Of a stretch of DNA of 64,000 bases, positions 61,544 through 64,000 are shown piece by piece. Origin of the DNA: Vitrella brassicaformis CCMP3155 (Eukaryota > Protista > Chromerida); contig CDMY01000408.1 in assembly GCA_001179505.1 (NCBI GenBank), positions 1 through 64,000 of the forward strand, written 5' to 3'. The first letter of the stretch is position 1, and each line of letters starts with the position of its first letter. Under the pieces are notes generated by a model. It did not search any database. It was not told the DNA's origin and saw only the letters and a program-made list of their open reading frames with translations. The translations under genes were made by a program, and so were the position numbers.

Positions 61544-62239
61544 ATGGTGGCGATGCGGCTTCTTCTTGTGCTCATCTCTTGTCTGGTTGCTGAGCGGGCT
61601 GTGTGTGCGGGCAGCGCCGAATCCTTGACCCGCCTGAAACGCCTTCACGAGAGGAAACGACAAGACGGCATCCCTCAAAAGACAGATGGTGAGACATACA
61701 CGTTTGTGCTTGCCCTCAGTGACGCTGGGAAACAGCAGACTGAGTCCTCCTGTCTTGCGGGAATACGTTAACTCATAGCGCAACGTCCTTCTGTCTTCCG
61801 TCGGTGTCGTGTGGTGTGCCTGCAGGCGAGCACCTGATCTCCTCTGCTCATCACTCGATTATGCAAACAGCCGATGGGATCGAAGGTACGCCAGACACAT
61901 GTAGCACAAAAGACAGGCAGACGTCATGATTCACCCTTGCACATGCTCGCGTGTGCAGAGGAGTGCTGGCTGGCCGTTCTGAATGGGGCAAAAAGGAAAT
62001 TCCAGGATTGCCCGTCGCCCACCAAGGAGGTCTGCATGGTCGACCGCAAAGAGGACAGCCCGGCCCACCCGAGAGGCGCGCTTTTCAAGTACGTCGGCGT
62101 GTGCATCGACGAAGCAAAGACGAAAAAGGAGTGCCAGGGCACTTTGCTACCCACAATGAAAGACAGCGCGACAAAAAAGACGATGCGCTACTGCCGATAC
62201 AAACACGCAGCCCGGTCCCTTGGGAAGCTGTCCGGCTAG
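61544..62239 (+). CDS. Small secreted Cys-rich protein of unknown function
   Basis: Signal-peptide-like MVAMRLLLVLISCLVAERAVCAG after a short 5'-UTR intron (gtaag 61497..tgcag 61538); last exon has 6 Cys. Middle exons uncertain. Confidence 0.6.
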
Positions 62240-62527
62240 CAGGCATATGGCTGGCTGGGATGGTGCGGCTGACCACGTGCTGGACAGCTCACTGACAGAT
62301 ACCGGTTGAGACCCGCCTGCCTGCCTGCCTGCCTGCCCGTCTGCTGTAACACGACTGACGATCAAGCCTGCCTCAAAATCATGGTTTACTTCTCGGCGTC
62401 TTGATCATTCACGAGAATGTCTCACTCTTAGACACATAAATCGGGCAGTCAGTCTGATTGCATCCATCCCATGCACCGACCGGCGAGCCAGTCGGACCAC
62501 TGCCCCTTGTTGTCACTGTCCATGACG

Positions 62528-63820
62528 TCATGTCACCCCTGCCATGGGCGTGATCTTGACCAGCTCAACGTCGTATATCAACGTCGCATCGGGGGGAATC
62601 GCTGATTGCATCATGGATGGATGGATGGACCGACAAAGACACATACACAAGACAATCATGAGCTGCTCTATTGCTTGCTTACCTTTCTCTGGGAGTCCCT
62701 CACTGCCGAATGCGGCTGAGGGCGGGATGGTGATCCTCCGCTTCTCGCCCTCACACATAGAGTAAAGGCCACTTTGGAACTTGCGGATGAGTTTGCGGGG
62801 CGGCTTGTCGCCCAGCAGCAGATAGATGGACGACCCCGCCCCCTTTCCCGGCACCGACCTGCCGTCCAGTCGGCTGCTGTCGATCAGTTTGCCGTCCTCA
62901 AGACGTCCCACGTATCGCAGCTCCAGCAGGTCGCCCCGCTTCGCCTTCAAGCTGCACACCTGTTGACAGACAAACAGACAGACATGTGGTTGAGAATCAC
63001 CTCTGCCAGTCGGTGCTGTGTTGCTTGCCTCAGGTATTTTCCTCCTGTCGATAATGACCTGTCCCTCTCTCTTGGCCTTGTCGATAGTGTCCGCCACCCC
63101 CTGGCTGACCGCATCCCTCTCGCCCCTCCCACCCCCTTCGCCGCGGAAAGCCAGCCTCAGTGTGCCCTCTCCCTCCTTCTCGCCCATCTCCCGCCGCATC
63201 CGTATCAGCGATTTGACGTCACTGAGCCTCAAGCCCTGCACCGACTGACCGTTGACCGATTCCAGCAGCAGGCCTGGCCTGATGTCGGGGTTGTTGGCGG
63301 CCTCGCTGCCCGCAACCAGCTGCTTGACTTTGATGCCCTCGGCCGTCTCTTCAAGCTCAATGCCCAGCGGGCCAGCCGAGGGTGCCTCGATCTCGATGCG
63401 TGTGAACGGAGGGCGGGAGGGGGAGGGGGGAGCGTTGCTGTCACGGGCGGCACAGGGGGCGGGGGAGGCCGAAAGGGGCAAGAGGGTAGCTGACAGAGCA
63501 CCGGCGATGAGTCGTTGGTGCTGCCGCCTTGACAGATCTTCATGGCTGTCGTGCTGTTGTTGTCCTGATGGATGCCCTCTATCGCCCCGAGCAGCCTCGC
63601 AGCCTACTACCACCTGACGCCGTCCTCTCCTTTGCACTGCCGGCCTTCGACAAAGAAGTGAAGGCAATAAGGAGCGCTCTGCAGGGATAAAGGCTGCCAT
63701 GTCGTCGTGAACAGGGCCTGAGCGCCTCAGCAACACTCCGGCAGACCCATTCCTTCCCTCCGAAAACGAGATGAAGAGGCAGATCTTTGTGAAGGTGGAT
63801 ACGGCTGAGAAGCGACTCAT
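62528..63820 (-). CDS. PDZ + FKBP-type PPIase-like fusion with a putative plastid/thylakoid-lumen leader; 3 exons
   Basis: PDZ GPLGIELEETAEGIKVKQLVAGSEAA...IRPGLLLESVNGQSV; FKBP GDLLELRYVGRLEDGKLIDSS...GLYSMCEGEKRRITIPPSAAFG...IPPDATLIYDVELVKI; leader with AAFIP and RR...LIAGALSATLLPLSASPAPCAA. Confidence 0.85.
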   Translation of the reverse strand: MSRFSAVSTFTKICLFISFSEGRNGSAGVLLRRSGPVHDDMAAFIPAERSLLPSLLCRRPAVQRRGRRQVVVGCEAARGDRGHPSGQQQHDSHEDLSRRQHQRLIAGALSATLLPLSASPAPCAARDSNAPPSPSRPPFTRIEIEAPSAGPLGIELEETAEGIKVKQLVAGSEAANNPDIRPGLLLESVNGQSVQGLRLSDVKSLIRMRREMGEKEGEGTLRLAFRGEGGGRGERDAVSQGVADTIDKAKREGQVIIDRRKIPEASNTAPTGRGDSQPHVCLFVCQQVCSLKAKRGDLLELRYVGRLEDGKLIDSSRLDGRSVPGKGAGSSIYLLLGDKPPRKLIRKFQSGLYSMCEGEKRRITIPPSAAFGSEGLPEKGKQAIEQLMIVLCMCLCRSIHPSMMQSAIPPDATLIYDVELVKITPMAGVT

Positions 63821-63910
63821 CGAGGCAGGCCCGCGATGAATTCCAAGCCTCCTGGGGAAGAGTCCCTTTGGCTTCAACTTGAAGCTCGCGCGAAGAAGGA
63901 AAGCGATGCG

Positions 63911-64000
63911 ATGAGTGATCTGGACGAAGGCAGCCGGGAGAATGTGTCGGCCAGGCCGGATGAGCCCATCGAGAATGATGCCGACAGTGATGAGGATGCC
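63911..64000 (+). CDS. N-terminus of a gene truncated by the window edge
   Basis: ATG at 63911, MSDLDEGSRENVSARPDEPIENDADSDEDA..., divergent from the FKBP gene. Confidence 0.45.
   Translation, partial: MSDLDEGSRENVSARPDEPIENDADSDEDA

Noticed and set aside
61240-61783. Minus-strand ORFs as the bestrophin 5' end
   Set aside because: Splice signals and TG polarity favour the plus-strand secreted gene here.
140-64000. Most ORFs in the six-frame track, including those rich in CVCVC, HTHTH or LSVCL
   Set aside because: They are translations of intronic microsatellites or antisense frames of GC-rich exons, and many start at non-ATG codons.
63821-64000. Upstream extension of the FKBP frame to the window edge
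   Set aside because: Better explained as antisense of the acidic plus-strand gene starting at 63911, though not excluded.
1-64000. rRNA, tRNA, transposase or reverse-transcriptase genes
   Set aside because: No recognisable signatures found by eye; covariance-model and repeat searches were not run.

Overview
Intron-rich, GC-rich eukaryotic genomic DNA, not prokaryotic. Most of the supplied ORF track is intron or antisense noise, so I assembled genes by hand across GT-AG introns. The gene content (IMC sub-compartment protein, RAP protein, probable plastid-lumen FKBP, flagellar IFT140) and microsatellite-rich introns suggest a chromerid alveolate such as Vitrella; this is an inference, not a database result. 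Order: DnaJ protein (+); a rearranged ~2-13 kb tract of tandem HRG pseudokinase genes, shuffled exons and duplicated non-coding units (-); bacterial-type SAM methyltransferase (+); IFT140 (-); DDB2/WDR76-like WD40 protein (-); orphan multi-TM protein (-) head-to-head with a SKP1 homologue (+); CEP162-like coiled-coil protein with an EF-hand (-); RAD51-paralogue-like gene with a broken Walker A (+); ISP (-); HMCES/SRAP (+); three claudin-like 4-TM paralogues surrounding a double-GFA gene; RAP protein (-); uncharacterised gene (+); bestrophin-like channel (-); secreted Cys-rich protein (+); PDZ-FKBP fusion (-); start of a further gene at the window edge. There are five 300-N gaps. The best novelty candidates are the HRG pseudokinase exon-shuffling locus, the Walker-A-dead RAD51 paralogue, the claudin-like/double-GFA cluster and the PDZ-FKBP fusion. 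Gene coordinates are outer spans including introns.
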